From a virus (Duplodnaviria > Caudoviricetes), in IMG/VR virus record IMGVR_UViG_3300037423_000673, positions 1 through 51,495 of that record: 51,495 nt of DNA; one strand, written 5' to 3'. The translations under genes were made by a program, and so were the position numbers. Below are positions 17,575 through 27,530 of this stretch, one piece after another. How positions within the stretch are numbered: position 1 is the stretch's first letter; each line of letters opens with the position of its first letter. Under the pieces are notes generated by a model. It was not told the origin of the DNA and did not search any database. It was given only the letters and a program-made list of their open reading frames with translations.

Positions 17575-19998
17575 TTATCTAATCGGGCAAACTCCGCCTT
17601 CACAACTATCCATGTTCTCTAAATCCGCAACTGTTTCACCTTTTTCAATTTCATGCAACAGAGCAACGTCAAAAGGTCTCATTTTTGCTTTTAATTCTTC
17701 ATATTGCTCTTTTGTGATAGACTCATAAGGTGCTAATTGATAGGTTCCCCCGTCATGAGATAAATAAGATATCCCAACAAAGTTATCCCAGTTATCATAA
17801 ACAGTTTGCTCTACTTCTTCCCATTCATCTGGTTTAACCGTAATGGTATTAGATGAATTATGTTCGGTATATAAATTTTGGAAACTAAAATATGTATCTA
17901 ACTGTTCTTTTGCTGAAATATCATCTTTCGTTAATTTTGCTCCACTTTCAATTGGAAAATCAATGACCCATGTTCTAGCGTTTTGCATTCTTTCTTCGAA
18001 TGTCTCTCCTTCGGTTCCAACTTCAGGATTTACATTCCATCCTAATTTCAATGCCACTTGTGCCAATGGATCGTTGGAGTTAATTCTAATACGTCTAATG
18101 TAGTAAGGAGAATGTGACCAATGTAATCCACTAGAAACTCCTCCTGCAACTTGACTAATAGTTCCTTCAGGTTTGACAGCAGTAACAAGTAATGGAGAGG
18201 ACACCCTTAACTCTTTGGCATATTTATCTGCCTCATCTCTTGCAACTTCATGTAATTGATCCATCAACTCTTTTTCTTGCTCGAAAGTATATCCTAGCAT
18301 TGCCATTGCGTCTTTCCACCCAGTCAACGACATACCAAGAAGCCTATCTCTCTTTTGTGTTTTGTCCCAGTGTGGTAGCTCAAGTTTTGCCAATGTCATC
18401 CTCAAGCCAATTCTCGCAGATAGTCGCTGTGCTTCAAGCAAGTCTTTAAGGTTTAACTGGAATAGTCCATTTACCTCTTCAACGAATGCTTTTAGATTCA
18501 ATGTTGTAAGGTTACACACATTGTATAAGAACAAGATAATTTCCACGCATGGATTAAGTCCGATCAACATCATTACATGCTCCAATGTCTTTCGGTCTGG
18601 TTTTTCGTCTCCTAAAGCTTTTAAAACTCTTCTTGCTGCTTCTTCAAGATTTACAAACCCCGGTTCTCCTTCGCCCTTCATCATGGTGTAAACAAAACTT
18701 AAAAACTCTCTGACAGGCTTTGAAGTAAATGCAATGGAATTGTTGCTCATTCTTCTGTGGTGATATGGTCTACCATTGTTATAAGGGAATGGGAAGTAGT
18801 CCTGAATACCTTTTTCTTTAGCAAAATCAATTGCTAAATTTACATCTGTAAATATTTCTTTTTTGTCTTCACCATTTTCAGAATAGGTTACGTCATAATG
18901 TTTGATTGATAATTCTTCAAACCATGACGGAATCTCAATCCCTAATTTTCTCATCCTTTCTTGGATGTCTGTATGACGAGTGAATGCATCATCTCCCCAC
19001 AGACCGTTCAGTCCATACTTAGCAAACATTGATTCATAATCGTCTGCATCGAACAAGAAGATTTCTGCCGTCCTACGCACTCCCCCGACAACTACATTTG
19101 CACCAATTAGATTACCCATGTCAAGGATATGGATTGGTCTAACTGTTCCATATCCTTTTTCATCAACCTCAATCGGTTTGAGAGAAGGATCTAGTTGATT
19201 TTTTAGAACTTGGTCAAACCCTTCAAACATTTCTTTCAAAGGCTGATGACCACTGGCTGTTCCACCAAAAGTAATTAGACGCTCTCCTTTTGGTCTAATT
19301 GAGTTATAACTAATTTTGATTGTATGTACATTTTCAAACTCTGGACTAGTGAGCAGATTTAAAAATTCTCTTAAAGATTGAACCCATCCCTCTTTTGAAT
19401 CACCAACATAAATTTTGGCATATCCATTATCAAACATTGTGACTTTGGTATGCTCCAATCGTTGATTCTTTGGAACTGGTTTGTATTCTGAGTGTTGAAC
19501 AGTTACATTCGTTCTGATTTTTGGTAAATTAGCAGCAAATTGTTTTGTGCATTTGAATCCAACTCCGGTTCCCACCAGAAGGAGATAGAATAAATCACCA
19601 AGATCGTCCCACTTTTGAATATTTAAAAATGAGCAGTTAAAGTTACCAAGAACGAAATTTTTATTTACTGTTTCATTTGCTCCACCAATCCAAAGCGTTC
19701 TTCCAGAGCAAAATTGTTTAGTACCATAGACATTTTTAAATGTTTTTTCAGCTTCTTTTCTCATTCTTCTTACATTTGGCTTTAATCCAATATCAAGTAA
19801 ATGTTGATACGCTAAATTCATGTTGTAATTAATGGCTCGCTGCACTGTTTCTTGCCAATACTCTCTTCTATTCTTTTCTGGCAACCATCTTGAGTAAGTT
19901 CGATAATATACAAACTCTCCAATTTCATTTAATGTGTTAGGATTCAAACTCACCTCCTGTTGAACAAAATCATCTGTAATGAATTCAATCTTACTCAT
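17575..19998 (-). CDS. nrdJ: Class II adenosylcobalamin-dependent ribonucleoside-triphosphate reductase
   Basis: FVYYRTYSR, FNC, VVVGGVRRTA, NPCVEI, VKPEGT, C-terminal CEGGVCPIR. Confidence 0.93.
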   Translation of the reverse strand: MSKIEFITDDFVQQEVSLNPNTLNEIGEFVYYRTYSRWLPEKNRREYWQETVQRAINYNMNLAYQHLLDIGLKPNVRRMRKEAEKTFKNVYGTKQFCSGRTLWIGGANETVNKNFVLGNFNCSFLNIQKWDDLGDLFYLLLVGTGVGFKCTKQFAANLPKIRTNVTVQHSEYKPVPKNQRLEHTKVTMFDNGYAKIYVGDSKEGWVQSLREFLNLLTSPEFENVHTIKISYNSIRPKGERLITFGGTASGHQPLKEMFEGFDQVLKNQLDPSLKPIEVDEKGYGTVRPIHILDMGNLIGANVVVGGVRRTAEIFLFDADDYESMFAKYGLNGLWGDDAFTRHTDIQERMRKLGIEIPSWFEELSIKHYDVTYSENGEDKKEIFTDVNLAIDFAKEKGIQDYFPFPYNNGRPYHHRRMSNNSIAFTSKPVREFLSFVYTMMKGEGEPGFVNLEEAARRVLKALGDEKPDRKTLEHVMMLIGLNPCVEIILFLYNVCNLTTLNLKAFVEEVNGLFQLNLKDLLEAQRLSARIGLRMTLAKLELPHWDKTQKRDRLLGMSLTGWKDAMAMLGYTFEQEKELMDQLHEVARDEADKYAKELRVSSPLLVTAVKPEGTISQVAGGVSSGLHWSHSPYYIRRIRINSNDPLAQVALKLGWNVNPEVGTEGETFEERMQNARTWVIDFPIESGAKLTKDDISAKEQLDTYFSFQNLYTEHNSSNTITVKPDEWEEVEQTVYDNWDNFVGISYLSHDGGTYQLAPYESITKEQYEELKAKMRPFDVALLHEIEKGETVADLENMDSCEGGVCPIR

Positions 19999-20075
19999 AA
20001 ATCCTCCTATGTATTTTATTTAATTTTATTTATATAATCAGAGCCACTTTTACACTCTGCTATACACCATATGTC

Positions 20076-20312
20076 TTACCAATTTTCTTCTGTATTCAAT
20101 TCTTCCATCTCACACAGGGCTTGCTCATATGAAGAAGCGAATGACTCTTGCTGTGCTTGCAATTCTTCTTCGGAAACTACTATTTGTCTACCATCGATAG
20201 TAATCACATATTCCCCATCTTTTTCTGTGTAAATTTGAGAGCAAGTATCGAGTGTAAACTGGCCTTCCATCTTGATGCAATCAACAGCACGTCCATCAAA
20301 CATTACCTTCAT
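20076..20312 (-). CDS. Hypothetical acidic protein
   Basis: RBS GAGGAG. Confidence 0.65.
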   Translation of the reverse strand: MKVMFDGRAVDCIKMEGQFTLDTCSQIYTEKDGEYVITIDGRQIVVSEEELQAQQESFASSYEQALCEMEELNTEENW

Positions 20313-20370
20313 TTAAACATCTCCTCTATGTGATTTATTTATATGAAGGAGTAGAGGTTAATCTACTCCA

Positions 20371-20631
20371 TTATTTATAGGCTCTTACAGTGCCATCAAA
20401 CTCTCCACCGTGAAGTCCAGCTTCTTGAGCGAAATAAATCTTAGCAAAGATAGGACTACTTGAAGTGTAATCAAGGATACGTCCATTCGTTAGAATCGTG
20501 TAGTATTGCTTATTTTTCTTAGAATGCTCTTTTTGGCCTAATTCAGCGTGGGCTTTGTACAATTTACTATTACGTTGATTCTGTGTACTCTGTTGCTTAT
20601 TTTGTTGTTTATTGTTGTAAGATTTCTTCAT
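20371..20631 (-). CDS. Hypothetical basic protein
   Basis: RBS GAGGAG. Confidence 0.65.
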   Translation of the reverse strand: MKKSYNNKQQNKQQSTQNQRNSKLYKAHAELGQKEHSKKNKQYYTILTNGRILDYTSSSPIFAKIYFAQEAGLHGGEFDGTVRAYK

Positions 20632-20693
20632 GTGTGATTCTATTCTCCTCTTATTATGTAATTTATTAATGATATATTTATTTTTATAAACTG

Positions 20694-21305
20694 CTACAGA
20701 ATTTCATGTACAATTCCTAATGCTTTTGCTTCATCTGCCCCGATATACCAATCAATCATTTTCTTTTTAATCAGACCTAATTTCTTAGATGTTAGATTTG
20801 TTTTCGCTAGTACAAAGTCATCGTACATTTTCTGTAGCCTCTTGTATTCTTGCGTTGCTCTATTGATTTCTTCTGCTTTACCTTCAGCAGCGCTCATAAT
20901 CTCATGATACATAAATGTGCTAAATGAATAACATTTTCTGTGATGTCCAGCTACAAAAATTCCTAATCCCATTGACATTGCATAACCTAAACAAATGGTA
21001 TGCACTGGTGTAATACTTGATTCAATTGCACTCATTAGACTGAATCCGTCATAACATGAGCCACCATACGAGGATATGTATAATTCGATTGGTTTTCTTT
21101 GATCCTTTGGAATGTCCTTATCTTCCTCGTTGAATTTAATGATTGGCATTACTACACGTTCCACAATAGCGTCGCTAATTTCTTCGTTGAGAATGATTTT
21201 ACGCTCTTTCAATGACTCCCAATATACGTGCTCGGTAAATGAAGGGATTGAAGTAATTACTCTTGGTGAATTTTGTTCTTCGTTTTTTGTGCGTCTTACT
21301 TTCAT
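20694..21305 (-). CDS. clpP: ClpP-like protease subunit
   Basis: ERKIIL, LYISSYGG, AMSMG (Ser), FMYHE (His), DWYIGADEA. Confidence 0.85.
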   Translation of the reverse strand: MKVRRTKNEEQNSPRVITSIPSFTEHVYWESLKERKIILNEEISDAIVERVVMPIIKFNEEDKDIPKDQRKPIELYISSYGGSCYDGFSLMSAIESSITPVHTICLGYAMSMGLGIFVAGHHRKCYSFSTFMYHEIMSAAEGKAEEINRATQEYKRLQKMYDDFVLAKTNLTSKKLGLIKKKMIDWYIGADEAKALGIVHEIL

Positions 21306-21357
21306 AGTTACCTCCTAGTTTTAGTACCAGAGGAAGATTGTCCCTCTTGGTATTTTT

Positions 21358-21407
21358 ATAATACTACGGTTACACTATCTTGTCTACTATTATTTTTGAT
21401 TATTTTA
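21358..21407 (-). promoter_or_regulatory. Promoter TAGACA-17-TATTAT with upstream operator TAAAATAATCA
   Basis: -35 at 21386-21381, -10 at 21363-21358, operator 21397-21407. Confidence 0.6.
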
Positions 21408-21424
21408 TTTATGTAAAATCTATA

Positions 21425-21769
21425 TCAAAATCCTAATGCGCTCTTTAGTTTACCTACTATTAAAGGTAAAAATGGTACAGTCTGTGTTACCGAATATGTA
21501 TTAAATGATGGAACTTGATCCTCTACTTTTGGTTGTATTTTCTGTAGTTGTTGAATTGGTCTATGTTGATTCGCAGCAATTTCTTCTAGCAATTTATTTT
21601 GGTTATCAAATTGCTCATGAATATTAGCATATTGACTATGTATCCCTGCAAGCTTCTGATTAATATTATCATCAAGAGCATTAAGTTTATTGTTTAGCGT
21701 GAATAGGAGTGCGATTATTAGAATGAGTAATGCTATGATGAGAGTTGTAATGAATGTACGTAATTTCAT
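21425..21769 (-). CDS. Membrane-anchored coiled-coil protein
   Basis: N-terminal hydrophobic helix. Confidence 0.65.
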   Translation of the reverse strand: MKLRTFITTLIIALLILIIALLFTLNNKLNALDDNINQKLAGIHSQYANIHEQFDNQNKLLEEIAANQHRPIQQLQKIQPKVEDQVPSFNTYSVTQTVPFLPLIVGKLKSALGF

Positions 21770-21782
21770 ATCACACTCTCCT

Positions 21783-21998
21783 TTAGTTTTGTTTCTTTTC
21801 TATGAAAAATTGAATACTATTTTGTGTAATCTTACTCATGACATAAAAACCAACAGACATGACAATTAAAGATCCAAGGAAATTAACCGTAGATGATTCA
21901 TTGTAAAGTTTACTTATGATTTGGTTGATGATTTGTGCAAAGATTAGGACTGCTCCACCATTCATAATGTGACATAATATATTTTTCATATGTATCAC
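21783..21998 (-). CDS. Small two-TM membrane protein
   Basis: Two hydrophobic segments; RBS GGAGGTG. Confidence 0.6.
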   Translation of the reverse strand: MIHMKNILCHIMNGGAVLIFAQIINQIISKLYNESSTVNFLGSLIVMSVGFYVMSKITQNSIQFFIEKKQN

Positions 21999-22004
21999 CT
22001 CCCT

Positions 22005-22121
22005 TCAAATTTTAAAATACCTAGTCCATCCACACTTTTTGCATGTAATCCAAAATCGATGCTCTTGCTCCCAATCATGGTCACAGAATAGTGATCTAAT
22101 CCACCGGAATAATTTTTTCAT
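22005..22121 (-). CDS. 38-aa zinc-finger phage protein
   Basis: Translated by hand: LFCDHDW...CKKCG. Confidence 0.55.
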   Translation of the reverse strand: MKKLFRWIRSLFCDHDWEQEHRFWITCKKCGWTRYFKI

Positions 22122-22172
22122 ATATCATCAACTTTCTATATAAATCTAAACTTTTCTTGGGAATTTAACTGG

Positions 22173-22571
22173 CTAAAGTGTTTTATTTAATTTTACTGGT
22201 ATTGGATCTTCGTAAATGTTCCCGATTACTTCTATATCATCAAATAGTTCACAATCCTCAAAAGAATACAAAGGACAATCATTGTTATCACCGCAAGTGA
22301 CCCAAAAACAACTGTTATTAAAAATTACTGTTTCTGTTTTAACTTGATCTTCGTCCCCGAAATAACCGACTTGAGTGTATTTGACTATATCCCCCTCGTA
22401 AATCTCCTTTCCGTTCTTGTCCTTTAATCCGGTGTATTGCATAAGGATATGCCCATCTTTACCGTAATTCCTTTCAAGACTGTCAAAGAACTCACTAATA
22501 CTTACCCATGATCTGCTGAAATCCATATCATTGTTCCGCTTTCTATACGCCCGAAACTTAAACTCTCTCAT
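22173..22571 (-). CDS. YopX-family protein
   Basis: MREFKFRAY, MQYTGLKDKNGKEIYEGDIV, EVIGNIYE. Confidence 0.9.
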   Translation of the reverse strand: MREFKFRAYRKRNNDMDFSRSWVSISEFFDSLERNYGKDGHILMQYTGLKDKNGKEIYEGDIVKYTQVGYFGDEDQVKTETVIFNNSCFWVTCGDNNDCPLYSFEDCELFDDIEVIGNIYEDPIPVKLNKTL

Positions 22572-22827
22572 TCTTGTCCCTCCTTATCTGCCTTCACGGG
22601 TTCTTTCGAATAACACTCTCCTTTTGGTTCCTCGGTGTTGGTGTCCCATTTATTACAAAACCAAGGAGCATGAACAAACATATAGCAATCTGAACAATAT
22701 CCCATCATTCCACCACCTTCGGGAAAATCTTAAATTTATCGATAAAAACACCATGTACAAAAACTTAAAAAACAGAACACGATTAACATTCCTAAAATCA
22801 TTGCGGTATTTGTGTCAATTGTTATAG

Positions 22828-23178
22828 TCATCCCTCTACCTCCACCCCACAGGCTTTTAAAGCAGCTAGACATATTGCTAATGGTGCGGTTTCTGCTATT
22901 GCCATGTGGTCAGCAAATTCGATAAAACAATTCCACTTATCATCGACCTTGCTCATACAAATATCAATCTGCGGAAACTTCTCCACCACAAGCCAAGCGT
23001 CTGCTATGTTGGTGCTGTAGTGAGGTGGTTGGGAATAAGTTTTTAGTCTAGGATCTATTAGAACATCTTGCTCCTCAACCATATTAACTAACTTAATCGT
23101 CTTTCGTTTCCACCCCATCACCTTCTCCGCAATCAGCGCATCCAGTTCACGTCCGGCTTTCATTACCTTCTCGCCCAC
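22828..23178 (-). CDS. Phage ABA-sandwich (BC1872-like) protein
   Basis: GRELDALIAEKVMGW, YSTNIADAWLVVEK, TAPLAICLAALKA. Confidence 0.8.
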   Translation of the reverse strand: MGEKVMKAGRELDALIAEKVMGWKRKTIKLVNMVEEQDVLIDPRLKTYSQPPHYSTNIADAWLVVEKFPQIDICMSKVDDKWNCFIEFADHMAIAETAPLAICLAALKACGVEVEG

Positions 23179-23293
23179 CCTTCATTACGAAGCTTTTTCA
23201 TACTAATCACCGTATCTTCATATCCGCTCAATTTAGCTGACCATATCGTAAGAGTTATTCCGATCCAGAAGAGAATGTCAGCGAGTTTGCTTA

Positions 23294-23668
23294 TCATCCC
23301 TTTTCCTCCCCTGCTAGGGCTTGACGTGCTACCTTCGCAACATCAAATATTGCTGTAGCTTTAACGGTATGTTGCTTATCGTAATCAGCTATTTCCTCCA
23401 ATGCCTTACGCAAGCGTTTCCCGTATTTGTAATAGGCTTTTTTATGTTCACACAACAAATCAAGCAATTGTCTCAGACTCTCCACTTCCCGATCCCGTTC
23501 ATCCAGTGCGTTTAATAGGAATTTAATATCCTTTTCATCTTGCTTAAAAGGTGACCATTGTTCTTTCTGGTGAATACGTTCGATTCCATTACACAAATTC
23601 AATCCATTCTGCAATTCCAAACGAAACTTAATCTGCTCTATATACGCTTGTTTCTCTTGCTCGGTCAT
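23294..23668 (-). CDS. Hypothetical coiled-coil phage protein
   Basis: RBS AAGGAGG; RLRKALEEIA...VARQAL pattern. Confidence 0.65.
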   Translation of the reverse strand: MTEQEKQAYIEQIKFRLELQNGLNLCNGIERIHQKEQWSPFKQDEKDIKFLLNALDERDREVESLRQLLDLLCEHKKAYYKYGKRLRKALEEIADYDKQHTVKATAIFDVAKVARQALAGEEKG

Positions 23669-23744
23669 TGGCCGTCCTCCTTATCATTTAGTTGATTTCA
23701 CCGATATGATAAAACCCGAAATAATCTGGAATCTATCGTGATTA

Positions 23745-24059
23745 TCAGCTATAGTAAAATTCAATTCCGTTTTGATGTAGAATCACGTTCATACCTTCGA
23801 CATTAATCTCATGTCCGTTAATGCACACGATAGACCAATTGCCTTTTTCATGTTTAACGGCTGTTCCCCAAGGAAACTCATACACTCCCCAAGGTTTTAA
23901 TTGTGTTGTATCATTTTCTAACACAGACAGCTTGCGTTCTAATTCTTCAATTTCACCAGCAATAATTGTTCTTCCAGTATCCGTTTTAACATTTTTAAAA
24001 TCGGATTCTAAATGTTGAATAGCTTCCTTGATAAGTGAAATTTCATGTTCCTTCGCCAT
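23745..24059 (-). CDS. Hypothetical protein
   Basis: RBS GGAGG. Confidence 0.6.
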   Translation of the reverse strand: MAKEHEISLIKEAIQHLESDFKNVKTDTGRTIIAGEIEELERKLSVLENDTTQLKPWGVYEFPWGTAVKHEKGNWSIVCINGHEINVEGMNVILHQNGIEFYYS

Positions 24060-24206
24060 TTACACTTCCTCCAATTCTTTTTCATAAGTTACATTGAACA
24101 AACAAGCATGGTAACAGTAAGGACAAAAATCTGTATCGTTACGCTTTTCTCTTGGCGTGAAGAAAACACCATCACACTCTTTGCATTTCCATTTATTTAA
24201 GTCCAT
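24060..24206 (-). CDS. Small zinc-ribbon protein
   Basis: CKEC...CPYC; RBS GGAGG before ATG 24206. Confidence 0.6.
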   Translation of the reverse strand: MDLNKWKCKECDGVFFTPREKRNDTDFCPYCYHACLFNVTYEKELEEV

Positions 24207-24241
24207 TTTTACCCCTCCTATAATTCGAACAAATGTTGAAT

Positions 24242-24460
24242 TTATACATTGACAAATCCTATTGGTATCAGAATATTGACCACGTTCGTCCAACCAAATA
24301 CTATTCCACTTATGAAAGTAGCTGTGTAACAGCAAATCTTTACCCCAAGATCGCTTTCTATATCAAAAGGAATTAGAACAAAGCACGTTAGTATCCAAGC
24401 TAAAGCCCATACGATAATGCCAATCAATACATTAACCGTTAAATATCCAATATAAATCAT
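24242..24460 (-). CDS. Small membrane protein
   Basis: Two hydrophobic segments; RBS AAAGGAG. Confidence 0.6.
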   Translation of the reverse strand: MIYIGYLTVNVLIGIIVWALAWILTCFVLIPFDIESDLGVKICCYTATFISGIVFGWTNVVNILIPIGFVNV

Positions 24461-24484
24461 TTGGTCAACTCCTTTCTAAAACAG

Positions 24485-24562
24485 AATAAAATGGCGATTT
24501 TAATTGAAAATTACCTTTGAAAAACGGAGCATTAAAGAGCATGAGCGAGAATGAGGGAGTTT
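24485..24562. repeat. Long junction element copy 1: TAAA-N8-TTTA core + CTTTGAAAAACG + four 10-bp periodic units
   Basis: Alignable to 27751-27828; units aaaacggagc/attaaagagc/atgagcgaga/atgagggagt. Confidence 0.8.
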
Positions 24563-24611
24563 AAAAATCCTCATCCTCGACATCCATCCGTATATGTATC
24601 ACTCCTGCAAA

Positions 24612-25367
24612 TTAAAATATTACTTGTGTAAATTCCTTTAGTGCGTCATAAACATCATCTTTTTCTCTAATTGTAAAATGCATAAAGTTATAATCTGAAA
24701 TATGTTTAAACGCAGTCATCAACGTGCTGTGGCGGTTATATTGATTCAACTCTACGTAGCCAACCATGCATGACTTCATTAAAATCTTTTGCAATGTTTT
24801 TACACATCTTTCATTATCAGAAGTTAAGTTATCGCCATCAGAGAAATGGAACATATACACATCATTTTCAATGTAATCAAAGTTCTCAATTAGTTCATTT
24901 GCTAATCTAAAAGCCGAAGTTGTAATTGTTCCTCCAGTTTCACCTTTGTTGAATAGTTCATGCTTTGTAACCTCTTTAGCTTCAGTATGATGCGAAATAT
25001 ATTTAATGGTTATGTCTGAGTATTGAAGTTTAAATAGACGTTCTAAACGTTCAATTACGCAGCGAGAAATATATTTTTCATACAATCCCATTGAGCCGGA
25101 AGTATCCATTGTAAAGATTAATAATGCTTTACGTTTACTTTTACCAATAGAAAGATCAAATTCATCAATAATCAACTGGTCAACTTGCTTTAAAAACTCT
25201 ACATTATGGTTATTAATTACAAACTCTTCATCTGTGATTAACTCTCTAAGATCCAAGTTGGATACTGTATATTGTTGGCTAAGTTGTTCTTTTAACGCTT
25301 CATTCTCATCCAATAATGCATACACCTTTGCAACTAGATTATTGATTTCTGCTCTTAAATTTGACAT
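24612..25367 (-). CDS. YhbH/YeaH (DUF444) C-terminal VWA-like domain fused to a phage N-terminus
   Basis: MDTSGSMG, SHHTEAKEV, GETGGT, HFSDGDNLTSDN motifs of sporulation protein YhbH. Confidence 0.85.
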   Translation of the reverse strand: MSNLRAEINNLVAKVYALLDENEALKEQLSQQYTVSNLDLRELITDEEFVINNHNVEFLKQVDQLIIDEFDLSIGKSKRKALLIFTMDTSGSMGLYEKYISRCVIERLERLFKLQYSDITIKYISHHTEAKEVTKHELFNKGETGGTITTSAFRLANELIENFDYIENDVYMFHFSDGDNLTSDNERCVKTLQKILMKSCMVGYVELNQYNRHSTLMTAFKHISDYNFMHFTIREKDDVYDALKEFTQVIF

Positions 25368-25390
25368 TTTTACATTTCTCCTTTTGTTTG

Positions 25391-25714
25391 TTAGTTTAAT
25401 TCAAAATATCTTCCAATGGATTGTGTCAATCCAGACCGGATATTTGCTAAATCTGCAATGTAACTATCTATGTAATGAATTGAATTTTGCACTTCATCTT
25501 GAGTTGAAGCAAACCAATAACCTTCATGACCACTGCAAATGGGATATCCATTCACTCGTAAATCATGAATCATCATTCTCATTTTGCGATTGTCTCCCCA
25601 ATTTTTCTTTAGATCCTTGCCAAGAATTGCATTTTCTTTGCCACGATGATTATTCATCATATAGCAAATGAATGAATCTTCACGCTCTGACAGTTTGTAT
25701 TCTTGTTGAATCAT
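25391..25714 (-). CDS. Winged-HTH phage protein
   Basis: GKENAI...RMMIHDLRVNGYPICS...GYW. Confidence 0.65.
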   Translation of the reverse strand: MIQQEYKLSEREDSFICYMMNNHRGKENAILGKDLKKNWGDNRKMRMMIHDLRVNGYPICSGHEGYWFASTQDEVQNSIHYIDSYIADLANIRSGLTQSIGRYFELN

Positions 25715-25734
25715 GTATCCACCTCATTTATATT

Positions 25735-26199
25735 TTACTTTTGTGCAAACTCTAAAAGGTAAAGGACATAAACATAATAACTGGTTGTTAAAATATGATG
25801 GAAAATCCCTTTTAAAGTCCAGCGTTTACGTGTATATAATTCGATTCTATACTTGTGTCTTGATTCTTCTGTTGTAAGGTCGTGTTTTGGTTTCCTAGTT
25901 TCAAAACTTTTGACCACATTTATGATAGTGAGTGCAATGATAATTAGTGTTGGATATTTGAGTGGGTCAATATCAATTGCATTAAAAAGATAAACCATAT
26001 ATGTAATCATAAATACAATGGTATAAATAATCGGAAACGCTACTAACTTTAACAATTCAACACTTTTAGACTCGTCATTTGTTTCGGCAATTTTTAATGT
26101 TAGTTCTCCAATTTTAATTAACCTATCGTAAAACATGCTACCTCTTACAAAATACAATAAGCACAATGTCAGAAATACTGTTGTCCAAAATAACATCAA
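25735..26199 (-). CDS. Multi-TM membrane protein
   Basis: Three to four hydrophobic helices. Confidence 0.65.
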   Translation of the reverse strand: MMLFWTTVFLTLCLLYFVRGSMFYDRLIKIGELTLKIAETNDESKSVELLKLVAFPIIYTIVFMITYMVYLFNAIDIDPLKYPTLIIIALTIINVVKSFETRKPKHDLTTEESRHKYRIELYTRKRWTLKGIFHHILTTSYYVYVLYLLEFAQK

Positions 26200-26435
26200 T
26201 TTTTATCCTCCAATAGCTCAATGATTTGTTGTATCTTAAGTCCATACTGTGTGCGTGAATCTTTTAAGTCTGATATAACCTTATCTATGTCTAGATTAGG
26301 TTTATTCTTAATGGCCTCGACAATATAGTTGGTATTATTATGTAAAACAAACTCAATGATTTCTTTTGTCTTATCCTGCATGATTAATAAACCAAATAAT
26401 TGCCACCCATAAGATGCTACTAAACAATATTCCAT
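26196..26435 (-). CDS. Hypothetical protein
   Basis: ORF in operon; true start may be internal. Confidence 0.45.
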   Translation of the reverse strand: MEYCLVASYGWQLFGLLIMQDKTKEIIEFVLHNNTNYIVEAIKNKPNLDIDKVISDLKDSRTQYGLKIQQIIELLEDKN

Positions 26436-26734
26436 TGATTAATCCGTGAAAAAATTTCATATGTATCACCAACTACGTTCAGAATGATAAAGGTATTTGC
26501 GAAAGTGTTTCTTATATTCGTTTGTTCTAGCATCCATTAAACTATTGCACATATTTTTGTGGTAATTAGCCATTAGACGGTGAAAGTGTTTGAAGAATCT
26601 CATCTGTAACTCCTCCTAGTGAATCAATGCGGTGATATATATATTTTCAATTGCATCTTCTTCAAGTTCAATTGCTTTCTCACGTCTCTGAACTTCTTCA
26701 AGTAATTCAATGATAATTTTAGTGTTGATATCCA

Positions 26735-27010
26735 TTATGCTTCGCCCCTTTCTTTTCTAAATTCCATTACAGTCATAATTGCATAATTGCACAAATCCAT
26801 AAGCGTATCTTCAATGCTTTCGTCTTTTACTTGCGCTTGTTGTTTAGATAGAGATTTAAGTCTGCGCATTTTATCATCAAGTCTAATAACAGCAGATACT
26901 ATTCCGTGTTCTTGATATTGCTCACCAAATGAATTTCCATAGTCTGCATTTTTAGTTACGTAAATCGTGTTCAACTCTTTACAAATTTGTTCGTGTAGTT
27001 GTTTACTCAT
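26735..27010 (-). CDS. Nucleotide-modification-associated domain protein (DUF1599)
   Basis: KNADYGNSF, IRLDDK..R, ESIEDTLMDLCNYAIM. Confidence 0.85.
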   Translation of the reverse strand: MSKQLHEQICKELNTIYVTKNADYGNSFGEQYQEHGIVSAVIRLDDKMRRLKSLSKQQAQVKDESIEDTLMDLCNYAIMTVMEFRKERGEA

Positions 27011-27479
27011 TTATTTTACCGTCTCCCATCTTAAGTATTTTAACTTTAAGTGTGCGTCTTCCCCAGTCTTTTGCTTGTCTAGATGTATTGACTAGTAAAT
27101 CAATTCTTTGGCCTTTAATTGCACCACCTCTATCCATACAAATTAAAGGCTGCTTGATTCCATCCACTTGGATAACCGTCCCAAAGGGATATCTCCTAGT
27201 ATCCATAGCAACAGTTTTAAAAGGTATACCACGTTGCATCGAAGCTGTAATTCCATATTCAGGATCACTAGGAGATTTGCCACCTTCTCGGAGTGTATAT
27301 GCCGTGATTACAAATTCTTCTTCCTTTATGTATTCTTGTTGCTGTTTCCATTGACCACTTTGCACCGATAATTCAACGCACTTACTAAAGGTTTGTGTTG
27401 GATAATTTTCTTGTCCCCTAACATCATTAGTACATATCAGCAGCGATGTTATTAGTAGGAACGGTATCTTTGACTTCAT
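27003..27479 (-). CDS. Secreted 3D-domain (lytic transglycosylase-like) protein
   Basis: Signal-like N-terminus; TAY, GITAS, VAMD, DRGGAIKGQRID. Confidence 0.85.
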   Translation of the reverse strand: MKSKIPFLLITSLLICTNDVRGQENYPTQTFSKCVELSVQSGQWKQQQEYIKEEEFVITAYTLREGGKSPSDPEYGITASMQRGIPFKTVAMDTRRYPFGTVIQVDGIKQPLICMDRGGAIKGQRIDLLVNTSRQAKDWGRRTLKVKILKMGDGKINE

Positions 27480-27530
27480 CGCTTCTCCTCTCTCTGTCAC
27501 ATATAAATTTTATTTATGTTAATTTTATGT

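Noticed and set aside
17575-19998. Intein or group I intron in nrdJ (extra segment before RRMSNNS; adjacent HNH)
   Set aside because: Frame is continuous, no intein C...HN termini seen, and the HNH gene lies wholly downstream of the stop
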